From the NCBI GenBank assembly GCA_031398525.1, contig JANNNL010000018.1, forward strand, positions 1,011 through 65,010: 64,000 nt of DNA, in the 5' to 3' direction. Under the pieces are notes generated by a model. The model did no database searches, was not told the DNA's origin, and was given only the letters and a program-made list of their open reading frames with translations. The stretch comes from Actinomycetes bacterium. GTDB taxonomy: Bacteria > Actinomycetota > Acidimicrobiia > Acidimicrobiales > Ilumatobacteraceae. Every line of letters begins with the position of its first letter. Position 1 is the first letter of the stretch. Shown one piece after another: positions 48,039-58,169 of this stretch. The position numbers and the translations under genes are program-made.

Positions 48039-49088
48039 ATGAAGCTGAGCACGATGATCAACTACGCGGGCGGGTTTAAAGAAGCCGTCGACTGCGTTGT
48101 CGAGATGGAAAAGGCCGGACTCGATGTGGTGTGGATCGCCGAGGCATACAGCTTCGACGCGGTCAGCCAGGTCGGCTATCTCGCCGCCAAGACCGAGCGG
48201 GTCGAGATTGGCACCGGCATTCTCAACGTCTACTCGCGGACTGCCGCGTTGATGGCGATGACCGGGGCAGGCTGCGACTACGTCTCCGATGGCCGGTTCA
48301 TCCTCGGTCTCGGCGCTTCGGGCCCGCAGGTCGTCGAAGGGTTCCACGGCGTGCCCTATGAGAAGCCGATGGTCCGCATTCGCGAATACATCGAGGCCTG
48401 CCGCATGATCTGGAAGCGCGAGCCGTTCAACTACCAGGGCCAAACCGTGCAGGCCCCCCTGCCCGAGGGGCAGGGCACCGGGCTCGGCAAGCCGTTGAAG
48501 CTGATCAACCATCCCCAGCGGGCCGACATCCCGATCTGGTGGGCGAGCCTGATGGGCAAGAGCGTCACCCAAACCGCCCAGCACGCGGATGGCTGGCTGC
48601 CGATCTTCTTTGATCCCGAGAAGTATCACCAGGTGTGGGGTGATGAACTGAAGGCCGGTCTGGCCAAGCGCGATCCGGCGCTCGGGCAACTGCAGATCTC
48701 GGCCGGGGGCATGGTGGCGATCGACGAGTCGTTGACCGGCGAAGCTCAGGCGAAGATCCTCGACTTCTCCCGCCCGAATGTCGCCCTCTATGTCGGTGGC
48801 ATGGGCGCCCGCGACCAGAACTTCTACAACACGATCGCCCAGAAGTACGGCTACGTCTCAGAAGCGATCGAGATTCAGGATCTCTACCTGGCCGGTAAGA
48901 AGGATGAGGCGGCCAAGGCCGTTCCCGCCGAAATGCTGGAGAAGACCAACCTGGTCGGCCCCAAGGGATATGTCAAGGAACGGATCGCCGCTTACAAGGA
49001 AGCCGGCGTCACGGTGCTCTCCGTCAGTCCGGTCGGCCCGAACCCGGTGAAGACGATTGAGACGTTGCGAGAGTTGATCGACGGATGA
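48039..49088 (+). CDS. LLM-class F420-dependent oxidoreductase
   Basis: 349 aa with typical motifs (VWIAEAYSFDA, ILGLGASGPQVVEGFHG). Confidence 0.85.
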   Translation: MKLSTMINYAGGFKEAVDCVVEMEKAGLDVVWIAEAYSFDAVSQVGYLAAKTERVEIGTGILNVYSRTAALMAMTGAGCDYVSDGRFILGLGASGPQVVEGFHGVPYEKPMVRIREYIEACRMIWKREPFNYQGQTVQAPLPEGQGTGLGKPLKLINHPQRADIPIWWASLMGKSVTQTAQHADGWLPIFFDPEKYHQVWGDELKAGLAKRDPALGQLQISAGGMVAIDESLTGEAQAKILDFSRPNVALYVGGMGARDQNFYNTIAQKYGYVSEAIEIQDLYLAGKKDEAAKAVPAEMLEKTNLVGPKGYVKERIAAYKEAGVTVLSVSPVGPNPVKTIETLRELIDG

Positions 49089-49390
49089 TCGTGATCGCAG
49101 GTTCCATCCCGACTCGTGCAGACGCTCGCGAGGCGGCAATCGCCGCAGCGGTCGAGATGCAGACGGCCACGCTCGAAGAGCCAGGCTGCCAGCAGTACGT
49201 CTTCTCGTTCGACATCGCCGACCCGTGTTTGGTTCGGCTGTTCGAGGTGTGGGACGACCAGGAGTCGCTCGATCTGCACTTCACGATGCCGCATATGGCC
49301 GCGTTCCAGGCGAAGCTCGGCGACATCGTCGCCGGCGCCGGCGACTTCGGGCACTACACGGTGAGCGCCGCTCGCCCGCTGTTCGGCTGA
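49085..49390 (+). CDS. ABM-domain (antibiotic biosynthesis monooxygenase-like) protein
   Basis: 101 aa with EPGC..Y......D......FE.W.D...L..H pattern. 4-nt overlap with the upstream LLM gene. Confidence 0.7.
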   Translation: MIVIAGSIPTRADAREAAIAAAVEMQTATLEEPGCQQYVFSFDIADPCLVRLFEVWDDQESLDLHFTMPHMAAFQAKLGDIVAGAGDFGHYTVSAARPLFG

Positions 49391-49406
49391 CGGCGACCTC
49401 TCGTCG

Positions 49407-50240
49407 ATGGCCAACGTTCTGATCACCGGCTGTAGCTCGGGGTTCGGACTGCTCGCGGCCGTCACCTTTGCTCAGCAGGGCCACCGGGTGTTCGCCACGA
49501 TGCGAACTCCGGCGAAGTCCGGGGCGCTCGATGCGGCCGCGTTGGAGGCCGGGGTGAACATCGAGGTCGTGGTGCTCGACGTTCGCGACGCAACGTCAGT
49601 CGATGCGGCTTTCGCCGAGGTGGTCGAGCGGGCGGGGTCGATCGACATCGTCGTCAACAACGCCGGGATCGAGATGTTCGGCGCCGTCCACTTGGTCTCC
49701 GACGACGAAGCCGTGCGGCAGTTCGACACCAACGTGATCGGCGTGATCCGGGTCTGTCGCGCCGCAATCCCTTACATGAAGGCCCAGGGTGGCGGAGCGA
49801 TCGTCAATGTCGGCTCTGTCGCCGGCAAGGTCGGCACGCCCTACGGCGGGCTCTACGCGGCAAGTAAGCACGCGCTTGAGGCGTTGACCGAATCAATGCA
49901 CTTCGAACTCGCTCACCTCGGTATTCGGGTTCACGTCATCGAGCCCGGGCAATTCGCCACAGCTCTCGGTGAGAACTCGATTGTCGCCGCGGCTATGGTC
50001 GGGACAGACGAGTACGACCGCTGGCAGGCGTTCCGTCTCGCCCAGAAGAAGCTAGTCAGCGGCGAACCCGCCAACCCGCAACTCGTCGCTGACGCGATCT
50101 ACACCGCAGCCACTGCTGTTCCTCCGGCTCTGCGTCATCCCGTAGGTGCCGATGCGGAGTTGATCCTCAACACCAAGGCGGCAATGTCGTTCGAAGCCTT
50201 CGAATCGACCATGCGCACCGTCCTCGACTGGCACGACTGA
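49407..50240 (+). CDS. Short-chain dehydrogenase/reductase (SDR)
   Basis: TGCSSGFG cofactor motif, NNAG and catalytic YAASKHA. Confidence 0.9.
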   Translation: MANVLITGCSSGFGLLAAVTFAQQGHRVFATMRTPAKSGALDAAALEAGVNIEVVVLDVRDATSVDAAFAEVVERAGSIDIVVNNAGIEMFGAVHLVSDDEAVRQFDTNVIGVIRVCRAAIPYMKAQGGGAIVNVGSVAGKVGTPYGGLYAASKHALEALTESMHFELAHLGIRVHVIEPGQFATALGENSIVAAAMVGTDEYDRWQAFRLAQKKLVSGEPANPQLVADAIYTAATAVPPALRHPVGADAELILNTKAAMSFEAFESTMRTVLDWHD

Positions 50241-50318
50241 CCCATTCCGAGCGAGGTTTTGACGTTTCCATCGAGTCGGCCTCAGTGATGTCGTTAGATA
50301 TCTACGGAGGTGATTGTC

Positions 50319-50615
50319 ATGACCGACATCTTTCGTGAAGTTCCCGACCACGTAGTGGCGGCGATCGAGCTCAAGGCGCTACGGGTGGCTTTGTCGCGCA
50401 CCGAGTATCTCCGACGGACGTTGCTGCGGGAATCCAACGCCGACACCCAGCCAGTAACTTTGGCTTCAACGATCGTCGGGCGTCAGGCGATGCCGCCGAG
50501 CCACCACTGGCCGAGGATGACCGAGAGTGCCAGCAACGCGAGTGCGATGGCGAGGAAACGGACCGTCAACTCGACCCGGATGGGAGCCGGTTGCTTGAGG
50601 GCCGGTTCCAGCTGA
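50319..50615 (+). CDS. Small ribbon-helix-helix-like protein (possible orphan antitoxin/regulator); 3' extent doubtful
   Basis: Strong GGAGG RBS 8 nt upstream of ATG 50319. The N-terminus IFREVPDHVVAAIELKALRVALSRTEYLRRTLLRE resembles CopG/RHH. The ORF runs 133 nt into the convergent VWA gene. Confidence 0.35.
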   Translation: MTDIFREVPDHVVAAIELKALRVALSRTEYLRRTLLRESNADTQPVTLASTIVGRQAMPPSHHWPRMTESASNASAMARKRTVNSTRMGAGCLRAGSS

Positions 50616-51526
50616 GTCTCGATGTCGGTGTAGACGTTGGCCAAATCGCCGGCGGTCTCCGCCGCGTAGAACTTGCCGCCGGTCAGATCGGCCGCCTCGG
50701 TGAGTTCGTCGTAGGCGACCGGGACCGGCTCTTGGATGGGCCCCTCGTTGGGATCGTCGTAGGTGATTGTGCCATCGGGGGTGCCGAAGGCGATGCCGTA
50801 CACCGGAAGCCCAACCGCCGCCGCGGCTTGCGCCCCGACCGGGCCGGGGGTGAGCCCGGGCACCGTCTCGCCGTCGGTGAGAATGACGATCGCCGCGGGA
50901 GGGGCACCGTTGCCGAGCGGGTCGTTGTCTGCCGGCGCGTTCTCATCGGTGGTCGACTCGTCATTGGCCGATGGCGCGGAGTCGCGGAATTCGCCGACGA
51001 TGATGTCGGTGGTGGCGATGATCGCGTCGCCGATCGCCGTGCCCTCGCCGAGCTGCAGTCGGTCGACGCCGTCGATCACCTCGGTCCGGTTGAGCGTCGG
51101 GGGGACTCGCAGACGCACACTCTTCGAGAACGACACCAGCCCCACTTCGATCGACGGGTCGACCTGGCCGATAAAGCTCTTGGCCTGCTCCTTTGCGGCT
51201 TCGAAGCGGCTCGGGGGCACGTCGTCGGCCTGCATCGACAGCGAGACGTCGAGCACGACCATGATGATCGAGCGGTTCTCTCGCGGTCGCTCCTCGCGAT
51301 AGGGCTGGGCCAGGGCGAAGATACCGACGCCGAGCCCGACGAGCGTCAACGCTGACACCACCGGCCGTCGCCAACCGGCGCGCTTGGGCAGAATCGAGTC
51401 GAGTAAATCGACGTTGGTGAACTTGACGGCCCGCTGCTTGCGACGGGTCTGGGCCAGCACATACATGCCGATCATGGCGACGATTCCGAGCAGGAACCAC
51501 AGGCGTTCGGGGTGCAGGAACTTCAT
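50483..51526 (-). CDS. VWA domain protein with N- and C-terminal TM helices (BatA-like)
   Basis: MIDAS-containing VWA core (IIMVVLDVSLSM). Confidence 0.85.
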   Translation of the reverse strand: MKFLHPERLWFLLGIVAMIGMYVLAQTRRKQRAVKFTNVDLLDSILPKRAGWRRPVVSALTLVGLGVGIFALAQPYREERPRENRSIIMVVLDVSLSMQADDVPPSRFEAAKEQAKSFIGQVDPSIEVGLVSFSKSVRLRVPPTLNRTEVIDGVDRLQLGEGTAIGDAIIATTDIIVGEFRDSAPSANDESTTDENAPADNDPLGNGAPPAAIVILTDGETVPGLTPGPVGAQAAAAVGLPVYGIAFGTPDGTITYDDPNEGPIQEPVPVAYDELTEAADLTGGKFYAAETAGDLANVYTDIETQLEPALKQPAPIRVELTVRFLAIALALLALSVILGQWWLGGIA

Positions 51527-52485
51527 CGCGCGGCTCCGGATGCGGCTCGCGGTGCGCTGGGCTGACGCCGCCGCCGATGGACATAGCCGATCAGTTGGGC
51601 GAGCCAGTCGTCATCGGTACGCAGCTGCACATGCTGCGCCCCGGTCGCCAGCAACTCGGTACGAATTCGCTCGCGCTGCGCGGCGGCGGCCTCGGCGTAC
51701 CGCTGGCGGATTTTCTCGGTGATCTGCACCTCGCGGGTGCGACCCGTGGCCGGGTCGACAACGGTGAGTAGGCCGACGGCAGGAAGGTCGAGCTCACGTT
51801 GGTCGACGATCTCGATAGCAAGGACTTCATGGCGGGTGGCCAGCGTGCCGATGGCCGGCCGCCAACCCGTCGGATCGTCGATGAAGTCGCTGATCAGGCA
51901 CACAAAACCGCGTCGACGGGCTCGGCCGGCGACATCTCGGGCCAACTGTCCGAGATCGGTGCGACCCTGGCCATCGACGTTCGGGGCGGTGGCGATGGCC
52001 TGGAGTACCGAGCGCAGGTGATCACGCCCGGCCCGCGGCGGGAACGACCGGCTGTTTGGTCCGCCAGCGAGCACCGCCCCCACCTTGTTCTGCGAGCGGA
52101 CCGTGAGAAAGCCGACCGCCGCAGCCGCGCCCAAGGCAATCGAGCGTTTCTCGGCGACGGCCGTACCGAAGGCCATCGATGCCGATGTGTCGACCGCAAT
52201 CCACGCTTCGAGGTCGCGATCGGCGATCTGGTCGCGCACGTACAGTTCCCGCGTACGAGCGGTGACATTCCAGTCGATCCGACGCACATCGTCGCCGACG
52301 TTGTACGGGCGGCTTTCGCCCGGCTCGCTGCCGTGCCCGGGGGTGAGGCCCTGATGGTTGCCGTGGAGGATGCCGTCGAGCTTGCGGGTGATCGTCAGCT
52401 CCAATGACTTCAACGTCTGGGCCAGGGCCGTGTCGGGCGGCCCGGGCCAGGCCGGGATCGTCGTCGCGGTGACCGGGGTGTTCAA
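51523..52485 (-). CDS. DUF58 domain protein
   Basis: GSEPGESRPYNVGDDVRRIDWNVTAR is the DUF58 signature. 4-nt overlaps on both sides. Confidence 0.85.
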   Translation of the reverse strand: MNTPVTATTIPAWPGPPDTALAQTLKSLELTITRKLDGILHGNHQGLTPGHGSEPGESRPYNVGDDVRRIDWNVTARTRELYVRDQIADRDLEAWIAVDTSASMAFGTAVAEKRSIALGAAAAVGFLTVRSQNKVGAVLAGGPNSRSFPPRAGRDHLRSVLQAIATAPNVDGQGRTDLGQLARDVAGRARRRGFVCLISDFIDDPTGWRPAIGTLATRHEVLAIEIVDQRELDLPAVGLLTVVDPATGRTREVQITEKIRQRYAEAAAAQRERIRTELLATGAQHVQLRTDDDWLAQLIGYVHRRRRQPSAPRAASGAAR

Positions 52486-53516
52486 CGCGGACCACCGTGC
52501 GGGGGTGGCGGCGCCTGGAAGTTGGTCGCCTGGAACGTCGGAGTCTGCACCCAGGCGGCCGGGACCGTCGACAACAGCCGTTGCAGGACATGCTCGACGT
52601 TGACCTCGCGGGCCATGGCGTCATAGGTGAGCACCAGGCGATGGCGCAGTACCTCGGGGGCGATCTCGAACACATCCTGCGGGGTGGCATACGACCGACC
52701 GCGGATGAGCGCCAGCGCCTTGGCCCCGCGGATGAGGCCGAGTGAAGCGCGGGGGCTCGCCCCCATGGCCAGCATCGGGGCGATATCGTCAAGGTGATAG
52801 CCCGAGGGGTTGCGCGTCGCATGGACCAGGTCGACGGCGTAGCGGGTGACCGAGCGGTCGACGGTGATCGCGTCGGTGGCCGCCTGCATTGCCTGCAATC
52901 CGGTGAGCGTGATCACCTGGTCGGGCCGAGGTGCGCTGACCGCCATCCGGTCGAGAATGGTCAGCTCCTCCTCTTGGGAGGGGTAGCCGAGCTGCACTTT
53001 CATCAGGAACCGGTCGCGTTGAGCGTCGGGGAGCTGGTAGACACCCTCGGACTCGATCGGGTTCTGCGTCGCCATCACGATAAACGGGCGGGGAACCTTG
53101 TAGGTGGTGCCACCAATGGTCACCTGCTGCTCGGCCATTACTTCCAGCAGCGCCGACTGCACCTTGGCTGGGGCCCGGTTGATCTCGTCGGTGAGCAGGA
53201 AGTTGACGAAGATCGGCCCGAGTTCCACGTCGAACTTCTCCTGCGAACCCCGGTACACGCGGGTGCCGGTGATGTCGGACGGCAGGAGGTCGGGGGTGAA
53301 CTGGATACGGGCGAACGTGCCGCCGACCGTCTTGGCCAGTGTCTCGACCGCGAGGGTCTTGGCCAGGCCGGGAACACTTTCGAGCAGGCAGTGGCCACGG
53401 GCCAACAGGCACACGAGCATCCGCTCGATCGGCCGTTGTTGGCCGACGATCACCTTACGGATCTCGACGAGCAACCGCTCGACGGTGGCCGCCATTTGGG
53501 CGTCGCTCACACTCAC
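52482..53516 (-). CDS. MoxR-family AAA+ ATPase
   Basis: Walker A-like ESVPGLAKT, Walker B LLTDEINRA, and FIVMATQNP. Confidence 0.9.
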   Translation of the reverse strand: MSVSDAQMAATVERLLVEIRKVIVGQQRPIERMLVCLLARGHCLLESVPGLAKTLAVETLAKTVGGTFARIQFTPDLLPSDITGTRVYRGSQEKFDVELGPIFVNFLLTDEINRAPAKVQSALLEVMAEQQVTIGGTTYKVPRPFIVMATQNPIESEGVYQLPDAQRDRFLMKVQLGYPSQEEELTILDRMAVSAPRPDQVITLTGLQAMQAATDAITVDRSVTRYAVDLVHATRNPSGYHLDDIAPMLAMGASPRASLGLIRGAKALALIRGRSYATPQDVFEIAPEVLRHRLVLTYDAMAREVNVEHVLQRLLSTVPAAWVQTPTFQATNFQAPPPPHGGPR

Positions 53517-53651
53517 TCACTTTCATCGAGGCGGCGAAACCCCGAACCTTCACATTTGTTACTGGCCCCATCGAGGGAGCTCAAGTGAGACGCAGGCTAA
53601 CGAGGAATGTCGCGGCCCGCTCGGCGCGCCCGGGCGGTTCTGAACAGCTTC

Positions 53652-54917
53652 TTACCTGGCACTCGTGTCGGCCGTTGCGGCCATCGCTGCTGTTTCTTCG
53701 ACCCGTAGCGATCGTCGAACACCGCGGGTGGCGAGGAGATAGGCCGTCCCGGTGCCGATGGCGATCGCGCCGAAGACCAGAAAGGTGGGTCGAATTCCGA
53801 TTGCGTCGGCGAGGAGACCGCCGGTGCTTCCCGAGAGCCCGATGGTCAACGTGGCCAGGGCGAAGTCGCCGGCCAGAATGCGGCCCCGGATGGCGTCGGG
53901 GGCGCGAACCTGTAGGCCGTACGTCGACAACGTCCATTGCGAACCGCCGAAAAGGTGGGCACCGCAGACGAACACCGCAGCGACCGCCAGGTGGGGTGCG
54001 AATGACGCCGAGCCATAGGCGATTCCGGTGGCGATCCCGCCGATCGCGCAGACTTTCTGCACCCGGCTGAGGCGTCCGTCAGCGAACCGCATGGCGATCA
54101 CCGGTCCGATCGCCGCGCCGACGCCTCGAGCCGCGATCAGCAGGCCGGTCGCTCCATCACCGCCGTTCAACTCGTCGTGGGCGAACGCCGCGAGGAGCCC
54201 GACGAGGGCGGAGCTGCCCAGTGTGAACACCATTTTCGAGCTGAGAAAGGCGAGGATCACCGGGTCGCGTCGAGCGGCGGTCAATGCCTCGCCCATGTCG
54301 GCAATCGGGCGTATCGGGGGCCGACCGACGGTGGTGTCGCGAGACTGCATCGCAGTGCGAATCAACATCACCATGCCCGCCGCAACCAAGAATGAGATCG
54401 AATTGGCGACGAACGATGCGGTCCGCCCGAACAGCGCAGCGAACAGTCCGCCGAGTCCTGCCCCGACGGCAACCATCGCCCCCCACAACGACCCGAACAA
54501 CGTGCTGGCCAGCCGCATTTCGTCACGATTGCGGGCCAGGTTCGGTACCGCCGCCCCGGCCGCCGGCCCGGTGAACGCAGCGAGGGCCGAGATGCATAAC
54601 AGACAGACGTAGCCGATCCAGAGCCGATCGCCGGTCACCGTCAGGAGTCCGGCGGCGGCCGCTGCTTGGGCGAATGAGGTGACAATCAGGATCTTGCGGC
54701 GGTCGAAGCGGTCGGCCAGCGAACCGGCCAGCGGCGACATCAGGAAGCTCGGCAACGTGGTCGCTACCAGCACGAGCGAGACGAGCGCCTTCGAGTCGGA
54801 GTTTGCCTGAATCAGCCCGACGAAGGCGACGTAGGCGAACCAGTCACCGCAGTACGAGATGACCTGGGCGATGAACAGCCACCGCAGATCTCGGTTCGAC
54901 CGCAGCATCGCCCACAT
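53652..54917 (-). CDS. MFS transporter
   Basis: 421 aa, about 12 TM segments, with an MFS loop motif (GSLADRFDRRKIL). Confidence 0.85.
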   Translation of the reverse strand: MWAMLRSNRDLRWLFIAQVISYCGDWFAYVAFVGLIQANSDSKALVSLVLVATTLPSFLMSPLAGSLADRFDRRKILIVTSFAQAAAAAGLLTVTGDRLWIGYVCLLCISALAAFTGPAAGAAVPNLARNRDEMRLASTLFGSLWGAMVAVGAGLGGLFAALFGRTASFVANSISFLVAAGMVMLIRTAMQSRDTTVGRPPIRPIADMGEALTAARRDPVILAFLSSKMVFTLGSSALVGLLAAFAHDELNGGDGATGLLIAARGVGAAIGPVIAMRFADGRLSRVQKVCAIGGIATGIAYGSASFAPHLAVAAVFVCGAHLFGGSQWTLSTYGLQVRAPDAIRGRILAGDFALATLTIGLSGSTGGLLADAIGIRPTFLVFGAIAIGTGTAYLLATRGVRRSLRVEETAAMAATADTSAR

Positions 54918-54948
54918 CGGTCACCGGTCTACCGGCTGGCGCGCCCGA

Positions 54949-56382
54949 TTAGACGATCGGCGACCCGCGACGGGCGTGGCGGTCGAGGACAATCGAGAGA
55001 GCGGCGGTCACCCGCTCACCACAGGCGAGATCGAGGAACTCGTTGGGTCCGTGGGCGTTGGAGCCCGGCCCGAGCACCCCGGTGACCACGAACTGGGCAT
55101 CGGGAAACTGCTCGGCGAGCATTCCCATGAACGGAATCGAGCCGCCCTCGCCGAACGCCCGGGCCGGTCGGCCCCAGCCCGTCGTCGATGCCTCATCGAG
55201 GGCCTCGTCGAGCCACGGAGCGAAGCTCGGTGCGTTCCACCCTGGGGCCGCCTCCCGGCCGGTCAAGGTGACCTGGGCGCCATATGGCGGATCGGCCGTC
55301 AACCGGTCGGCGATTGCGGCGAGGGCCCGGTCGGGGTCACATCCCGGCGGAATGCGGAAGCTCAGCCGCAACGAGGTGAACGGCCGCAGCACATTGCCCG
55401 CTCGGTCCATCGGCGGGAACCCGTCGGCCCCGATCACGCTGAGGGTTGGCTTCCAGGTGCGGTTGAGTAGCTGCTCAGCCGGGTTGTCGGTCATTGGCTG
55501 CGCCCCGTCGACGAATGGGAAGTGGTGGGCGACCGGAGCAAATTCCGCGGCCGTCGCCTGTGCTTGGTCGATGCGATCGGGTGGAATCTCGACGTGGAGT
55601 TCGTCGACGAGGATCTCGCCGGTCACCGAATCCTCGACCCGATCCAGTAGTTGGCGGGCGATGCGGAAGCTCGACGGAACGATGCCGCTGGCGTCTCCGG
55701 AATGCACGCCCTCGGTGAGGATGCGCACGATGAGCACCCCGGCGACAATACCTCGCAACGACGTTGTCACCCAGAGGCGTTCGAAGTCGAGGGCACCAGA
55801 GTCGAGACACAGCACCAGGCTTGGGGTCCCGATCCGGTCGGCAAGGGCTTCGAGGTGGATCGGTAGATCGGGTGAACCTGACTCCTCGCTGGCTTCGATC
55901 ACCACCACACAGCGGACGTGCGAACCACCGGCGGCTTGCACCGCCTCGATCGCCGTCAGCGACGCAAACGCCGCGTAGCCGTCGTCGGCTCCACCGCGGC
56001 CGAAGAGCCGACCGTTCTCGATCACCGGGGTCCACGGGCCGAGCCCGTCGCGCCAACCACTCATTTCAGGCTGCTTGTCGATGTGGCCGTAGAGCAACAC
56101 CGTGTCGTCGTTCGAGCCATCGCCGAAGGCTGGGATCTCGATCAGGATCAGTGGTGTGCATCCGGCGATCTCGCAGACCTCGATCGTCATCCCGGCCACG
56201 GCCCGCGCCGCGCACCAGTCACGAACCAAGGCAACGGCGGCGGCCATGTGGCCGTGCGCTTCCCACTCGTCGTCGAAGGCGGCTGACACATTGGGGATGC
56301 GGATGTAGTCGGTCAAGGCCGGGATGATCGACTCGTTCCAGACCCGTTGGCTGTGGTTCAGGACTGACTCGGTAAAGCTCAC
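54949..56382 (-). CDS. M20-family metallopeptidase/dipeptidase
   Basis: LLYGHIDKQPE, GRGGADDGYA and EASEESGS motifs. Confidence 0.85.
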   Translation of the reverse strand: MSFTESVLNHSQRVWNESIIPALTDYIRIPNVSAAFDDEWEAHGHMAAAVALVRDWCAARAVAGMTIEVCEIAGCTPLILIEIPAFGDGSNDDTVLLYGHIDKQPEMSGWRDGLGPWTPVIENGRLFGRGGADDGYAAFASLTAIEAVQAAGGSHVRCVVVIEASEESGSPDLPIHLEALADRIGTPSLVLCLDSGALDFERLWVTTSLRGIVAGVLIVRILTEGVHSGDASGIVPSSFRIARQLLDRVEDSVTGEILVDELHVEIPPDRIDQAQATAAEFAPVAHHFPFVDGAQPMTDNPAEQLLNRTWKPTLSVIGADGFPPMDRAGNVLRPFTSLRLSFRIPPGCDPDRALAAIADRLTADPPYGAQVTLTGREAAPGWNAPSFAPWLDEALDEASTTGWGRPARAFGEGGSIPFMGMLAEQFPDAQFVVTGVLGPGSNAHGPNEFLDLACGERVTAALSIVLDRHARRGSPIV

Positions 56383-56447
56383 CTCCTCAGGGTAAGCAAC
56401 GGCCGATCGGAACCGTTGGTCGAAACCCGGCGCAATAGGCTCCGGCT

Positions 56448-57626
56448 ATGGGGACTTCTGACGGCTTGCAGTCAATCGATGGGGAGTTGCCCGAGGATGC
56501 CGAGCGGCACGCGAACAACCTGGAGCTCTTTGTCGACCTGGTGTTCATCTTTGCCGTCACCCAACTCGCAACATTGGCCAGCCACGACACCTCCGCAGCC
56601 GGGGTGGGGCGGGCCCTCCTGATTGCTGCGCTCGTCTGGTGGCAATGGTCGCAGTACACATGGGCCGGTTCCGCGGTCGACCTGCAACGAGGTCCGGTGA
56701 CCAGGGTCTTGGTGCTGTGTACCGTGCCTGCGACGTTGACCATGGCGGTGGCGATCCCTGACGCGTTCCACGGAACCGGCAAATGGTTCGCCGTGTCCTA
56801 CCTGGTTGTGCAGCTCCTCGTGCTCGGCATGCAAGGCGTCGAGGCGCTCCGCCATGAGTCGAGCCGGGGCGCGTTCGTCACCTACGCCTCGGTGGCATCG
56901 ATCGCTCCGGTTGCCGTTGTCGTCGGAGGTTTCCTTGCCGGGAACGCCAGGGTGTGGGTGTGGGTGGCGGCGGTCGCCCTCAACGTCACCGGGGCGATCC
57001 GGGCCGCGGCGGGTGAATGGTCGATCAATCCCGGCCATTTCGCCGAGCGACACTCCCTATTTGTGATCATCTCCCTTGGCGAAGCGCTGGTCGCGATCGG
57101 CGCAGCGGCGACCACAACGGGGTTGACCGGGCGGGTGATGGCCGGGCTGGTCGCTGCGTCGGCTCTCGCCTGCGTGCTGTGGTGGACCTATTTCGCGTAC
57201 ATCCCGAACGTGGTCGAAGATGAGTTGCGCCGCTCCGTCGGTGCCCAACGAGGCCGTAGGGGGCGGGACCTGTTCACATTCGGCCATTTTCCGATCGTCG
57301 GCGGCATCGTGTTGTTCGCCGTGGTCATGAAGCACATGGTGCCCGAACCGACGACGAGTCTGCCGACCGCCGATCGGGTGTTGCTGGCCCTTGGCATTGC
57401 GCTCGTCATCGGTGGTTACCTGCATATGCAATGGCGGATTGCCCATCACCTCGCCCGCGAGCGGCTGGCAGCCATCGCCCTTGTCGCGGGCTGGTGTGCG
57501 GTCGCCGCCGAGGTGGCTGGCGTTGTGGTGGTGTCCGTCGTGGCGGTGCTGGTCGCCGGGATGCAGGCGGTGACCTGGCGGCGGTTTCGTCGCAGTTCAT
57601 TGGCCCACATCACGACAAATCGCTGA
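56448..57626 (+). CDS. Low-temperature-requirement A (LtrA)-like membrane protein
   Basis: NLELFVDLVFIFAVTQL N-terminal signature. Polytopic. Confidence 0.75.
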   Translation: MGTSDGLQSIDGELPEDAERHANNLELFVDLVFIFAVTQLATLASHDTSAAGVGRALLIAALVWWQWSQYTWAGSAVDLQRGPVTRVLVLCTVPATLTMAVAIPDAFHGTGKWFAVSYLVVQLLVLGMQGVEALRHESSRGAFVTYASVASIAPVAVVVGGFLAGNARVWVWVAAVALNVTGAIRAAAGEWSINPGHFAERHSLFVIISLGEALVAIGAAATTTGLTGRVMAGLVAASALACVLWWTYFAYIPNVVEDELRRSVGAQRGRRGRDLFTFGHFPIVGGIVLFAVVMKHMVPEPTTSLPTADRVLLALGIALVIGGYLHMQWRIAHHLARERLAAIALVAGWCAVAAEVAGVVVVSVVAVLVAGMQAVTWRRFRRSSLAHITTNR

Positions 57627-57647
57627 ACTCCGCGAAACAGATCGCCG

Positions 57648-58169
57648 GTGGCGGGCGTGTATGAGAGCGTGGACATCGCCATGACCGGTGCAGACAGTGC
57701 GCACTCTCAACCCGACGCTGTGGCGTGGGCCGGTTCGGAGGTTGCCTATGCGACCGCCTACCGGTCGATGCTGCGTGTCGCCTACGCGTTGACCGGATCG
57801 TCGGCCGCCGCCGAAGACGTCGTGCACGACGTCTTCCTTGCCGCCGGCCCCCGGTTCGCCGAGCTACGCGATCCGGTGCCCTACCTGCATCGATCGGTCG
57901 TCAATCGGTGCAGGTCGCTGCACCGCCAAACCGAACGCCGCCGGCTCAAGCCCCTCGATCGTCCCGCCGACTCATATCTCGACCCGGGCATGATCGAGTT
58001 GCGCGAGGCGCTGCTGACGCTGCCACTGCGCCGTCGCAGCGCAATCGTGCTGCGCTACCTCTGCGATCTGTCAGACGACGAGATCGCTACTGCTTTGAAC
58101 TGTCGCCGAGCCACCGTCCGCACGCTGGTGCACCGTGGCCTGGCCGAACTCCGTGAGGTGATCAAGTGA
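57648..58169 (+). CDS. ECF-type RNA polymerase sigma factor
   Basis: Region 2 (AEDVVHDVFL...YLHRSVVNRC) and region 4 HTH (LSDDEIATALNCRRATVRTLVHRGL). Confidence 0.85.
   Translation: MAGVYESVDIAMTGADSAHSQPDAVAWAGSEVAYATAYRSMLRVAYALTGSSAAAEDVVHDVFLAAGPRFAELRDPVPYLHRSVVNRCRSLHRQTERRRLKPLDRPADSYLDPGMIELREALLTLPLRRRSAIVLRYLCDLSDDEIATALNCRRATVRTLVHRGLAELREVIK

Noticed and set aside
47070-48689. 539-aa minus-strand ORF spanning the LarE-like gene, an intergenic region and the start of the LLM gene
   Set aside because: It is antisense to two well-supported genes, its composition is Arg/Gly/Pro/Ala-rich low-complexity, and it has no motifs. This is typical high-GC shadow ORF behaviour.
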